DNA of 64,000 bases, taken from Macrostomum hystrix. Lineage: Eukaryota > Animalia > Platyhelminthes. The DNA lies in NCBI GenBank assembly GCA_950097015.1, contig CATNEN010000032.1, positions 1,550,001 to 1,614,000 on the forward strand. Direction: 5' to 3'. Positions 23,712 to 35,891 of the stretch are shown here, one piece after another. Made by a program: the position numbers and the translations under genes. Position 1 is the first letter of the stretch; each line of letters opens with the position of its first letter. The notes beneath the pieces were generated by a model, which saw only the letters and a list, made by a program, of their open reading frames with translations, did no database searches and had not been told where the DNA came from.

Positions 23712-24905
23712 ATGTGGAACGACCAGAACCTGGATGACGACGATTTTTTGGAACTCCGAGGTCGACTTGTGAGACGTCAAAACGGGCACGCTATTCACGC
23801 CACGGCAGCCGCAGCGTCATTCTATGAACCATCTGAATCCATGAGTGCGCGGTCACACTATCACTCTACCGGCCAGGCGACAAACCCGTTTCTGTCATCC
23901 GAGAATGTACGAGAGACAGAGATGCGGCATGCTCCGGTTTCATTAATATCGACAAACCCATTCCTGCCGCAGTTTGACCAGCATCCTCCAGCATTGAATC
24001 ACCCGTTTTTCCAGTCGCCTCATCAGCAACATTGCCAACAGTTGTCAGAATATCAGGTTCAGCCACAGCGTTGTGTCCTGCCGCCGGTGCCAAAACCAGC
24101 TGCGTACAACGGTCGAGAGGATTTTGATGACTTCCTATTGCGAATTGGCGCCTACATGGGCCGTTTTCCCGGCCTTTTAGATTCAGACAAGGTCAGTACT
24201 CTGACGTCCTATCTTGGACCTGCTTTCATAACGTACACCACATGGCTGGCGATGCAGTGCGCCCATTTTGGCCTCCCACCGAGCACAACACCGGACCAGC
24301 TTCCGGAACTTTCTTATGAGAACCTGGTCGAGCACCTCCGATCGCGTCACGGTGGCTCGAAAAGTGCTGCACTTATTCGTCGCGAATTCCGTGCCCGGCA
24401 GCGTCGCCCCGAAGAGCGATTCGAGACATACCTGACGGAGCTACAGCGATTGGCGGCAAGGGCCTACCCGGACGTGAGAGCTCAAGCCTACGTACAGCAG
24501 ATGGTCCTCGAGCAGTTCATGCACGGGCTCAACGACAACTATGTCACGGAGAGACTGCTGAACCAGCCAGTACCGCCAGGGACTGCGGAGCAAGCACTGC
24601 GAATTGCCCAACAGTTTCGCGAGACGCAGGCATACATGGCTACTGCCAGTAGCAGCACTGGATCAGGACGAGTATTTAGCAGTGAGTTTCTGCCAAAAAG
24701 CTTGCCAGTGCCACCTAAAGCTTCGGTGCAGCCTAAGCAACCTATTAACCAGCGGCCGATCTCATCTGAGAGGCGTGAGCAGCATCAGCCAGTAGCTGCA
24801 GGCCCAGTCTGTTTCGGCTGTAGTCGACCAGGCCACATCCGACGCAACTGCCCAAACGCCGAGGGGGCTGGTCCACGAGGCCAGCACTGGCCCTCTCAGC
24901 ACTAA
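23712..24905 (+). CDS. gag: Gag, 397 aa
   Basis: Capsid-like region (RRQRPEERFETYLTELQRLAARAYP...EQFMHGL) and CCHC knuckle CFGCSRPGHIRRNC. Confidence 0.92.
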   Translation: MWNDQNLDDDDFLELRGRLVRRQNGHAIHATAAAASFYEPSESMSARSHYHSTGQATNPFLSSENVRETEMRHAPVSLISTNPFLPQFDQHPPALNHPFFQSPHQQHCQQLSEYQVQPQRCVLPPVPKPAAYNGREDFDDFLLRIGAYMGRFPGLLDSDKVSTLTSYLGPAFITYTTWLAMQCAHFGLPPSTTPDQLPELSYENLVEHLRSRHGGSKSAALIRREFRARQRRPEERFETYLTELQRLAARAYPDVRAQAYVQQMVLEQFMHGLNDNYVTERLLNQPVPPGTAEQALRIAQQFRETQAYMATASSSTGSGRVFSSEFLPKSLPVPPKASVQPKQPINQRPISSERREQHQPVAAGPVCFGCSRPGHIRRNCPNAEGAGPRGQHWPSQH

Positions 24906-27900
24906 GACATTTGGCCTCCGTTCCACGCCCCAGCAGCTGCCAGCCTAGTAATGCACGCTTCGTGACCGCGCGCATCTTCAGACGACGACGCCACTGCCTG
25001 ATCGATACCGGAGCAGAGGTGTCCTGCATCAGTGCCAACATCTGTCAGAAGGCCAGGCGGCGGCTGCAGCCCAGCAACATCACCATCAAAGGCGTGGACG
25101 GAAACTTACAACCTGTGCTGGGTGAGACAACTGCGATACTGCAGATTGGAACTGTGAGAATTCAGCATCGTTTTGTTGTGCTAGAGAAGCTGTATCCGGC
25201 ATCAGTCATCCTAGGCTGCGACCTACTAAGTGAGCATGACATCTCCATTCACCTACAAGCTGGCTGCATCACATTCAATCGCGTGAATGTTTCAGTCCCT
25301 ATTCGGCAAAGCAAGGAAGCACCACAGACTTGCAGGCTGGTGTCAGCGGCCTCTGTGCAACTGCAGCCTGGACAGCACTGGATCATTCCCATCAAACCAG
25401 CGCAGCCTACCTCTTGGACTCAGTCAGCAGCCCCAGGCATTATCACAGGGACAAAGCGGCAAGGCCTTCTGCTGGCTCGCTGCATTGCAAAGCTTGCTGA
25501 CAGTGGCATGGGGTTGGCAGCAATCAACATCAGTGACCAGATGATCAGCATCACGGACGGTGACGCCATCGGTAACTTCTCGCCATTAGGAAGTCAGCCG
25601 CTTATCCACTTAGCCCCCGCTGGCTCATCGGCGACAGCGGCGGCTGTCGTCGGTTCAACAGCGACAGTGGCGACCACTGCGGCCAGCGAGGTTGCTAGAG
25701 CCATGACATTCGTAGCATCAGCTTCAGTAGTGGCGCGCCCACCAGCTGAATGGCTTAGTAGCATCCAAATCGAACCCAGCATCTCGGCTGAAGAGCAACA
25801 GTCTGTCAAGGAGCTGCTATTGGAGTTCACCGACGTCTTCGCGTCACCTGGCAGCACCGGACAGACTGCCATCTTGCGTCACCGCATCGACACGGGTGTG
25901 GCACAACCGATTCGGCAGGGCCTTCGACGAGCGGCGCGCCCCGTCATCGACAAGCAGGCAGAGCTAGTCGACGACATGCTGGCCAAGGGGGTCATTCGAC
26001 CGTCATCATCGCCATGGGCGTCGCCAATCGTGCTAGTTAAGAAGAAGGACGGAACAGCTCGGTTCTGCTTGGACTATCGGTTGCTCAACGAAGTCACCAA
26101 GCCAGACGCTTTCCCGATCCCACGCATCGATGACACTCTGGACGCGCTGGAAGGCAACGCCTACTTTTCGGCACTCGACCTGGAGAGTGGTTATTGGCAG
26201 GTCGAGGTCGATGAGCGCGACAAAGAGAAAACTGCCTTCATCTGTCATCAGGGCCTCTTTGAATTTAATGTCATGCCGTTTGGGCTCCGAAACGCACCAG
26301 CCACATTTCAACGACTTATGCAACTTGTCCTCCAAGGCCTGACCTGGCAAGCCTGTCTGGTCTTCATCGATGATGTCATCATTATGGGCCGGACAATCGC
26401 TGAGCATAATGATCGGCTGCGGGCAGTGCTCGAGCGTCTGCGGGAGGCAAACTTGCGGCTGAAGCCATCTAAGTGCCGTTTTGCCAATACGTCAATGATT
26501 GCCCTCGGCCATCGAGTCTCAAAGGCCGGCATCGCCGTGGACGAATCGAAGACGGCGGCCGTTCGCGATTGGCCGACACCGCGAAATTCCAAGGAGGTCA
26601 AGAGTTTCTTGGGCCTTACATCTTACTATCGGCGATTCGTCCGGGACTACTCTAAGATCGCCGAACCGCTTCGACGCCTGACCCTGCCGACGGAGAGATT
26701 TCAGTGGACACCGGCAGCGGAGGCTGCATTCAACGAGTTGAAGGTGGCACTGACATCGGCACCGATCCTAGCCTTTCCGGACACCAGCCCGACCAGCTCC
26801 GAGTACATTTTGGACACGGACGCCAGTGATTGCGCCGTCGGCGCGGTGCTTTCCCAGGTGCAGGCGGGCGTGGAGCGTGTCATTGCGTACTCCAGCCGAG
26901 CGCTTTCGAAGGCCGAACGAAACTACTGCGTCACAAGGCGAGAACTGCTCTCGGTCGTTGAGCACGTCAGGAAGTTTCGGACTTATCTGCTGCCTAGAAG
27001 GTTCACTGTGCGCGTCGATCACCAGTCCTTGACGCACCTGCTGACATTCAAGGAGCCCGAAGGGCAGCTGGCGCGGTGGCTCCAGGTGCTTGACGAGTTC
27101 GACTTCAAGGTGGTTTTCCGACCGGGACGGCAGCACAACAACGCCGACTCTCTCTCTCGACGTCAGCAGCGATGCACTAACCAGTGTAGAGTCTGCCGGC
27201 CAGATCCAGCAATCACAAGCAAGGTGACTTCCGCAGTGGCCTGTCAGACCGACGACAATGTCGAGCCAGCTGTCGTCGTCAGGGTCAACGTGGCGTCTGC
27301 AGGGCAGTCAGGACCGACTGGAGCTCGCCCGGCAGCCGTGACGGAAGTCACCAACGTCAGTGCCCTGCAGTCAAGGCGCAAGCTGGAGCTTCGGCCTTTA
27401 CCGAATGAGAGTGAAGAAGAGAGCAGTGAAGACGAGGCACCTGAAGACAGCAAAGCACCAGCGGACTGCGGCGCGGCGCAGCCGTTGCGCACGCAGCAGC
27501 TTCATGATCCGATCATCGGCCCGGTGTTCCGGCTACTTTCCGACGGAAAATCTAAGTTCAGCGAGCAGCAGCGAGATCGTGTGCCACCTGAGAGCTTATT
27601 ACTGGCTCAGAATGGGCATGAACTCTGCTTCGTGAATGGCATTATGCATCGGCTGATCAACTCGAAGCCTGTACCCGTCGTGCCCTGCAGCCTGCAACGC
27701 GGGATCATCGACGAAATACACGGCATCGGCCATCTGGGTGAAGACAAGACGCTAGCCAGCTTGAAGATGCGGTACTACTGGCCGAAGATGGCTGACAGCG
27801 TCCGGCTGGCAGTCCGTTCCTGTAAAGCGTGCCAGCGAGCCAAGACGCCTGTCATCAAGCGCGCACCGCTGCAGTCCATCGCAGCTGGTTTTCCGATGCA

Positions 27901-28837
27901 GCGCGTCGGTTTTGACGTGGTGAAGGTCGGCGTCTCCAAGAACGGCAACGATCGACTGCTTACAATCGTTGATTATTTTAGCAAATGGGTGGAGCTGGTG
28001 CCAATTCCTGACGAGAAGGCTACAACCATCGCCGCAGCGCTTTTCAACAACTGGATTGCGCGGTGGGGCGCTCCGCACATTCTCCACTCTGATCGTGGTC
28101 GTAGCATCGACGGCCGCATCATCCGCAGCCTCTGCAAGCTGCTGGACATCAGCAAGACCCGGACGTCCGGTTACCACCCGCAGTGTGATGGCCTTGTTGA
28201 GAGATTCCACCGCACTCTTCATCACATGCTGCGCTGCCACCTTCAAGCAGTCGACCCGTTGGACTGGGAGGACGTTCTGCCGCATTGCCTTCTGGCTTAC
28301 CGGAGCAGCATCAATGCGACAACTGGATTTTCTCCGCACTTCCTGATGACCGGCCGGGAGGTGGTGCTGCCGCTTGATGTGGTCTATCGGGTTCCGGAGC
28401 CCCCAGCGATCGTCGGCCAGTACGCGGCGGAGACAGTTTACAGGCTCCAAGACGCCTTCGACACCGTGCGGAGAGCGACCGGGACAGCTCAGCGACGACA
28501 GCGACGCTACTACGACTTGAAGGCCCAGAAGCGCAAGTTCCGCGCTGGAGACACCGTGTGGCTTTTTGTGCCGCCTGCCGTGCTGTCCAGGACCAACGGC
28601 CTGCCCCCTAAACATCAGGCGCCATGGACAGGACCCTTCAAAGTTCTATGCAGGACCTCGCCGGTGAACTACCTGGTGCGGCCAGTCGATTACAAGGACG
28701 GAGAGGTCAAAGGGCGCGTCGTCCACGTGAACAAGTTGAAACGAGCGCACCAGCCCCGCCCCGCTGACGGTCAGCAGGACGAGGCGGTCAGTGACGTCAG
28801 CACCGACGCCCTCGACGCTGATTGGGTGCTTGTGTAA
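24851..28837 (+). CDS. pol: Pol (protease, RT, RNase H, integrase), -1 frame relative to gag
   Basis: LIDTGA protease; MPFGLRNAPATFQR and FIDD RT; DTDASDCAVGAVL RNase H; HHCC zinc finger, D-D-E integrase and GPF module; frame open from 24824, start placed at the predicted slippery site. Confidence 0.95.
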   Translation, partial: PKRRGGWSTRPALALSALRHLASVPRPSSCQPSNARFVTARIFRRRRHCLIDTGAEVSCISANICQKARRRLQPSNITIKGVDGNLQPVLGETTAILQIGTVRIQHRFVVLEKLYPASVILGCDLLSEHDISIHLQAGCITFNRVNVSVPIRQSKEAPQTCRLVSAASVQLQPGQHWIIPIKPAQPTSWTQSAAPGIITGTKRQGLLLARCIAKLADSGMGLAAINISDQMISITDGDAIGNFSPLGSQPLIHLAPAGSSATAAAVVGSTATVATTAASEVARAMTFVASASVVARPPAEWLSSIQIEPSISAEEQQSVKELLLEFTDVFASPGSTGQTAILRHRIDTGVAQPIRQGLRRAARPVIDKQAELVDDMLAKGVIRPSSSPWASPIVLVKKKDGTARFCLDYRLLNEVTKPDAFPIPRIDDTLDALEGNAYFSALDLESGYWQVEVDERDKEKTAFICHQGLFEFNVMPFGLRNAPATFQRLMQLVLQGLTWQACLVFIDDVIIMGRTIAEHNDRLRAVLERLREANLRLKPSKCRFANTSMIALGHRVSKAGIAVDESKTAAVRDWPTPRNSKEVKSFLGLTSYYRRFVRDYSKIAEPLRRLTLPTERFQWTPAAEAAFNELKVALTSAPILAFPDTSPTSSEYILDTDASDCAVGAVLSQVQAGVERVIAYSSRALSKAERNYCVTRRELLSVVEHVRKFRTYLLPRRFTVRVDHQSLTHLLTFKEPEGQLARWLQVLDEFDFKVVFRPGRQHNNADSLSRRQQRCTNQCRVCRPDPAITSKVTSAVACQTDDNVEPAVVVRVNVASAGQSGPTGARPAAVTEVTNVSALQSRRKLELRPLPNESEEESSEDEAPEDSKAPADCGAAQPLRTQQLHDPIIGPVFRLLSDGKSKFSEQQRDRVPPESLLLAQNGHELCFVNGIMHRLINSKPVPVVPCSLQRGIIDEIHGIGHLGEDKTLASLKMRYYWPKMADSVRLAVRSCKACQRAKTPVIKRAPLQSIAAGFPMQRVGFDVVKVGVSKNGNDRLLTIVDYFSKWVELVPIPDEKATTIAAALFNNWIARWGAPHILHSDRGRSIDGRIIRSLCKLLDISKTRTSGYHPQCDGLVERFHRTLHHMLRCHLQAVDPLDWEDVLPHCLLAYRSSINATTGFSPHFLMTGREVVLPLDVVYRVPEPPAIVGQYAAETVYRLQDAFDTVRRATGTAQRRQRRYYDLKAQKRKFRAGDTVWLFVPPAVLSRTNGLPPKHQAPWTGPFKVLCRTSPVNYLVRPVDYKDGEVKGRVVHVNKLKRAHQPRPADGQQDEAVSDVSTDALDADWVLV

Positions 28838-29900
28838 GCGCAGGCTGGAGCAACCTTTTTTTTCTCTTCGGACAGTCTTTGTCGTCTGGGCTGCTACTAT
28901 CGTCGCTGTATTGTTTTTCTTTGTTGAGCAGCGTTCTGATTGGGTGCGTGTTGCAGGCGAGTGGCCTGGTCGTCGGGCGTTCACTTGAGTGATGTTGAAT
29001 TTTAGCAATTGTTTTGCATTTGCACTTTTTTTACATTGACCAGTGTCTTACAATTTTTTTAACTTTTACAAATCTTTTACAACCTGACTGCCGCGGATTG
29101 TTTCCGATCCGAGCAGTTTTTAATTCCTTGTTAGGAAAGCTTTATCCTTAATACTCAATATCTAATTTCAATATTTCAATAATTATGTTTTAATATTGAA
29201 TGTACGCTGTGCCGTTATTAATCTCTCGCATCCTGGAAACTCAGTCTGGGTGTGTACTGTAACACCCTGTTGTGATGCCCTTATGTAAAATTGCATTTTG
29301 TGGTTGGGTATATTTTTCTATTTTAACTGTTCCCGTTGCATTATGTTCGCTGTCAAATTGTTTTGATCTCGCGGTTTTTTTTCCTTTGTGTCAAATGCCC
29401 TCTGTGGCCTGCGGAAATCACTGTGTTCCCGTTGTTAAGCCATCTTGAGCACTTACTTGTATCTGTGTCGCGAGCGTGTGCGAGTCAAGCAGTGCGAATT
29501 TTTCCCTGCCGCACCAGTCCACCTCTTGCCGGTCAACCCTTTGTTAACCAAAACTCTTATCGTATTTGTTCGCGTGCGCCGTTCAGCGTGTCGTGCGTAT
29601 TATCCCCTGCTCTTGAGCAAGGTGTTTAATGCTGTTGTTTTAATCGCTTTGATATTTTCTCATATCTGATACTTTCCTGTATTGTATGCTCCAGTTAGCG
29701 CATTCTCATGCGTGGATGTCTGGCCTTTTACGACCCTGCCTACTGCTAGTAGTGTGGTTGAGCCCAGCAAGGGTTATGCGTATTTCGTTCTGATTGCCGG
29801 ATTTTTCGTTGAATGCCGCCCAGTTATTTTGTGCTCTCGTGTCTATCGTTGTCCGCGCCTGTTTGCAATGAGGACATTGCCTTGTCGTAGAGGAGTGTTG

Positions 29901-30215
29901 TGTAGTGCGGCTGGAAATGTTCTTTTAAAATTGCGCTAAATATTTAATTGTTGCTATACAGTAACTATAGCGATTGCAAATAGCATTATTATGTTATTAA
30001 TTTCTACTTTTATGACCCTTGAAAATAATGCAAATATGAATTATAAATTATTTTAATCGTTGTCTAATTAAAATATAATCGCACCAGTTTGAAAAGCGCG
30101 CTGCAATCTAGTGTAACTGCAAGTGTAAGGCGCGGCGCGGCGTGTAAACTGAAGACGTTAAATTGCTGTAGTAAAACTGTTTAAATTCGCGGCCTTCAAA
30201 CCCAGTTATACTACA
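29901..30215 (+). repeat. 3-prime LTR
   Basis: TGTAGTGCGG...TTATACTACA, preceded by weak purine tract AGAGGAG. Confidence 0.95.
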
Positions 30216-33200
30216 AGTGCATAAAATGTTAAATTCCTCGATAGTGATGGCTTACAAAATAAAACAACCGTGTCGTCGAATAGTGGAACTGCGACTGAAG
30301 TTCAGCTCGTTCAAATTTGATGCACGTACTTGTTAAATCAGAAGCACATATTGAGGAATCCACTTTGCGACATCATGAATCGTCTTTCCATAGACCAGAA
30401 TATGGGCACATCTTAATTATCTCCTTTATGTCCACTTGCCCTGCCTTACAGTTGGCGAGTAGTGTCACGTGCGCTTCATTATCTTAATTTATCATCGGCT
30501 CGTCCACTTCCGGCTTGAAACACGAGCGTCCGCACCGGCCGTCCCCTGAGGCTGCACTGCTTGTACACCCGTCACTAAATTAAATTCTTTTTTGCCTTGT
30601 AAATTTCAGCGTACCATTGGTTTTTGCAAAGACACAGTATATGGCTGTGTACATCATATAACCCATACATGGACGTCACACCGCTCTTCCAGTTCTTGCA
30701 ATGCGGATTGAATCAAGCTTCTACATTTGATCTCATTTACGAAATATTTGATTTTTTATTTGATCTAATATTTTAATTCCTACTGAAAGCTAATTGTAGC
30801 TTCAGTACGACGTTTAAAGTATGAAGAAAGCTATTTATTGCAAAAGTTACGATTAACAGTACTCGCAGTAGTATTTTCAATAGATTTGCATAATGTTCGA
30901 CTAAATTTCAAGTTTTTCGACGTTTTTAGAAGCTTGACGCTATTTTACTTGTTTAAGAAATAGCCATAAGTATCGGAATTATCCATCGATAAATCGCTCG
31001 TAAAGTCTTGAAAAGTCTTGAAAACTCGAATTGATCGATGAATTACTGTTCTTGATACCATGCGAGGCACGCAAGGAGTTCGAAACATAGCATTTGAGGT
31101 CTAGATCCCCTTAGAGAAATTTGAGAAGGATATTTTAGGTACATGGAGATCATATTTAAAAAATGCAATATATATTCCATGCGGTAACAATTGCAGAGAG
31201 AAGCATACTATCTTAATTGGTTCAGAATTGTACAGCTACAGCAATTAAGCAGATACATTTACATATTAGGCACATAACCTTTTCAGCGCAGGCGCTGATC
31301 CATAAGTTATGCTAATTACGTCAAGTCACAGCAGTTGGAGTCAGATATTACCATATGAGTCATCAAAAAAGAGATTGCGTGACTTCTGCTTTTGTCACAC
31401 GTACCAAACTAATATATGCCGAACCCAAAGTATTGAGTTTCCGCACGACTGCATTTATACCCCCTCGTTCAGGTATTGTAATAGCATCGCAAATGCATAT
31501 TCCTTGCTTTCTTGCGCTGATTCAACTTTCAATTTTAATATCTCTGACATTTTATAAAAGTTATTTTATCAAACTTAAACTAAGGAAAGAGCGAATAACT
31601 TCAGTGTTTTCTCGTGTTTTCGTGTATCATATAGTTTATTAACTTACTCGTAGTACTCGAATATTATAAATCTTGACTAACAACATTTATTGCATAGTTT
31701 ATGCGGAAATAGACTATGGCAGCTGTTTAATATAGTGATCGGTATATATTAAAATCATAGAATCTGAAGAAAGATAGAGAACATCTATAGATTTTATGCC
31801 TAAATCTATAATAATGATCCGTTCAACAAGTAAATTTGCATACAACGCAGCACTTTTTACAGAATTTGTGTACCACAAGAGCTCGCTTTTGGTTCAACAT
31901 GCACGGAAAACATGAAAAAGTAGCTGTTACAGTTAGTAGAAATTATGAGCCAAGTAAATGAAAACCTAAACCTCATGGCTTGTCCCCGCCGGCTGCTGTA
32001 GATTAACAATAAAACAATATAAAGGATTAACGATTCGGAGTCACAACAAAGACGGTAAAACAGTTTGGTAGCATCTATTTACTGGACAATTTCAACTTGC
32101 TTTAGCAGTGAGCTGTAGCAGCGCCAGTGTCGGCGCTAAGTACAGGTTGCACCGCGCCAGCAGCTTGAAAGTTGCATGGATCACAGAGCGGCTTCGAGGC
32201 TTTGTTATAAAGTCCTTTTCATGTTCCAACAGCTGCTCGTCCATCGAATACTGGGGATGGCGCTGGAGGTCACCGAAACTCAAAACAAAAGTTAAGCAAC
32301 AGGTACTTAGAATGCAATATATGAGCCTAATTAGCAGACGAAATCAACTGAAAAACGGATTGGCGCTAAGCTATTTAGTAAGCAAGACGAACCAAATTAA
32401 TGTTTAAATAGTCAAAAGAAATGCCATTGTTTTCTATTCCTCAATGCGTTCAAGCCATGGACGTAGGGAAACTTCAGGTGTGTTGTCCGTGCATTTCTGA
32501 AATGATTGATCGTGGCTCATGCTGCAGTTTAAATCAGCTAGTTACCATGCGGATCTGGGATTGCGGGCGGGGCTTATCAGTTGCTCGCCCTGTGCACTGC
32601 GGATGAATGACCACCCGGTGACAATATTGGCTGTGCGCGACTGCGCTAGCTCATTGCACTGCCACCGGCCGAACATTAATCCGCTTTGGCACAGGTAATA
32701 TAGCTGTTATATTTAGAAATCCAATTAGAAAAATGAAACCGTGGAAAAACATGGGATTCGTCTGTATACAATCCTTAGTTTATTCAGAGAGGTGAAGTCT
32801 AGTGCACAAGTTCGACTGTACCCTTTTGTATCCGTGCTTAAGTGCTTCAGTACTCTTCGTGGAAAGAAAAAAATAGCAAAAAAATGATTTGGGATTATTG
32901 AGGAACGGGTTTAGCATGGTGGCAACTTAGCAGTTCAGTGGCAACTTACTTCACGCTTGAGCTTCTGTTTGAGTAGCTGCAGCTCGGGCTGGAGGGACCC
33001 GCCCCGTCCTCCGCTAGCTGTGTCTCTCCCTCAAGCCAGTCCTCTAGGAAGTAGCAGCGGAATGGCAAAAAATAACGCGGGTTCGCCCACAAGGGCTGGC
33101 CTTTTTATGTAGTCCCCTTGGCCCGAGCCCCACCCCCCCTCCCGAGGCGGCCAGGCTGTCACGGGTTTGTCCTGGCCTGAACCCCACCCCAATGTCAGGT

Positions 33201-35079
33201 CAACTGGCCCGCTAGCCAGCTTGCTCGGTGGCCTCGAAATATGGGGCTGCGCCGAGGTTGTCTTAGGGCCACACGCCAATGGGCAGTCCCTCCGCCCACT
33301 CTCCCCACCCTCCCTCCGCGTTCTCTCGCCCCAGAATGCTAGGTCATGCGACCCGTAGTCGTAGGGGTCGCGTGTACGCGTGCAGTGCCCGCACTGCACT
33401 GGCGAGGCAGAGAGGAAGAGAAGGAGAGAGGGAGAGAGGGAGAGAGGGAAAGAGGGGGAGACGGAGAGACTGTCGAGGTGGCGGTTCTCTGAAGACCGGA
33501 CACGACCTCGCCACCCCGTGAAATGAGGATGCGCATTCGCACTGGTGGAGTACATTGTGACGCAGAGAGCTAGAACCCTATATTCTCCGCCTGTTTTTCT
33601 CCCAAATCCCACACATTCTCTATCCCTCTAAACGGGAGAATGGAATCTGACCTACAGGCGGAAAGCTTCCTGGAAAAAATCGATGAAGTGAAAATGATAA
33701 TCCCCGAAGCTCCAAGCTGTGGGGGAAGAGAATGGGTAAGCGAGCGCTTTCGAGGTCATGTCGGGTCACGCGGACTTCTGCATCCCTAGATTTTACCGCA
33801 AGAAAGCGCTCGGGATTTCCCGGCTTCACTAGCTTACATTCGCAATGTTCCCTAGATTGAAGCAGGATCGGAACGATAAGATAATTTTATAGAATCGAGC
33901 CTCAACAGATCCCTAACAGCGTGTCCTCTGGGTGAATAATTCCCAGTTATCGCAGAGATTCATCAGCTGCTACTGACAGGTGCCAACTGTGCCGGTCACA
34001 CCGGGTCATTCCATCGGCCTCACGCTCACTCTCTTTTCTCTCTTTTGCCAACGCATCACGTGATGCGAGATTGTAGAGTGAGGGGGCATCTCGGGCCGCA
34101 CTGCCTCATCTCCGCAGTAAAGACTGCATCGGAGACAGGGAATTGGGCCTCATCAAACTGAGAGGCTGGATAAAGAGAGAGAGACGGAGAATGAAAGGGC
34201 CGCAGGGTGTGGGAAATTGAAAGAGTGGATGCGGTTACGCAACTCACTAGGCGAGTTGCTCAGTAGAGACCGCAGCTCTTCTCAATCAGGCCTGCAGTCT
34301 GTGTGTGCTCAAATACAGCCTAAGCCTAAGCCTATCTGCTGTGCTCTCTCTGAGGCCCCTAACTGGAGACTGACCTGACCCAGTCTTTTTATTTCACTCC
34401 GTTTGGATGCAGTCGGCAATTTCCAGCCCCTCTTCCGTTTGAGGTCGCAGCTGCTGCGGTACGCTCGCACAGTGTTCAAGAGCAGGTCACAGAGGATGGA
34501 AAGCAATGGCCATGCTTGTGACCCGAGAGCTGTCAACATTGAGGTGCTCTGTCAAGATGGCCTGAATACAGCTTGCCACAAACTAAAATCTCTTCATTCA
34601 AAAACGCGTCTGATCACATGACTCACGGAAGACTACTCAACTCAGGCTGCTAAAGCGGACTCCTCAATCGATCCCACAAATGGACCCGTCCATATATCTC
34701 TCAATTAAATCTATTTATAAATCTACTTCTCAATCGACCTCTCAATCGTCTTATTATCAATCTTCTTCTCAGTTGATCGCCCAACCTCTTGGGCTGAAAG
34801 CATCTTCAGTTTTCTAAAGGCTTCTGATAACTTTCTTTAGTACCCGTAGACCCTAACATTATGTGACCTTTCATTCTTTTAACTTTTGTTTGCCCACTAA
34901 ATTGTAAGGTTCATAAAAATTATTCGATTGGCAGCATATTATTTGACTTCTTAGACCAAGGCTATAACAGATACTTAATCTGGGTTTATCTTAACTCAAC
35001 TACTTCCTTGCCTAGCTTATAAAGCCAATTTTATACCTACACGCACACACGCACACACGCACATACACACACTTCTATC

Positions 35080-35111
<32 letters not shown>

Positions 35112-35891
35112 TCGTATATCTGTGTGCCTACCACTGCAAGAATTGACGTTAACTACCGATGAAGCTATGCAATGCTGGGCCAGCAGTGCTGACTCACCCC
35201 ACCCACAGCCGCGAGCGATGCCGGGTTGGCATGCAGATTGCAGATTCTAGAGCTACACCAACAGCCCACGCAGCCCTCACACACACTGCGTGACTCAGTC
35301 ACAACACGCGCACACAATGCGTGTACATTCTCTCATCTCCAGATGCAACCCAGCTAGTTAGCAAAGTATGATAAAAAATTATAACAAAAATACCATCCCA
35401 TCCCATCCAACATGTTTAGTTTTCCTTGGTGGATGGGGCAATTAATTATCCAGCCAGAAAATCGCTGACCCAATATTGCTACCGGGTCAAACTGACGCGC
35501 GTTGCTGTGAGGTCATCATTGTTCAACCCGGGGGTACCGATTTTGTTTTAATCATTTTCAGCTATACTGAATTGGAAAGTGTAACAAAATAACAAAGTCG
35601 CGCATGACAATGTTAAATGTCAAGAAGTATATTTTGTTAAGGCTAGCTGTTTACAAAAACAATGCACCAGATTGGGCAATCGCATGTTTAATACTTCTAG
35701 TTGCAAACTTGCATTGTTACTGCAGCAGAAAAAATTATCTGATTCGCTAATAAACTGCTAAGTAGGTCATTGGCACAGCTGTGACTCATAGCAGTGCGCG
35801 TATTAATAATAAATAATATAACTGTTCGACGTGGCACACACGTTGGACAGCTACGCTCAAATGAGCGAATTAATTTGCCACTCAGCTCTGA

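Larger units (their letters stand above)
23370..30215 (+). mobile_element. Full-length Ty3/gypsy LTR retrotransposon, 6846 bp
   Basis: 315-bp LTRs with 3 differences, AGTGCA on both flanks, PBS, gag, pol in PR-RT-RH-IN order. Confidence 0.97.

Noticed and set aside
25287-29008. Many short ORFs within pol
   Set aside because: Alternative frames of a GC-rich coding region
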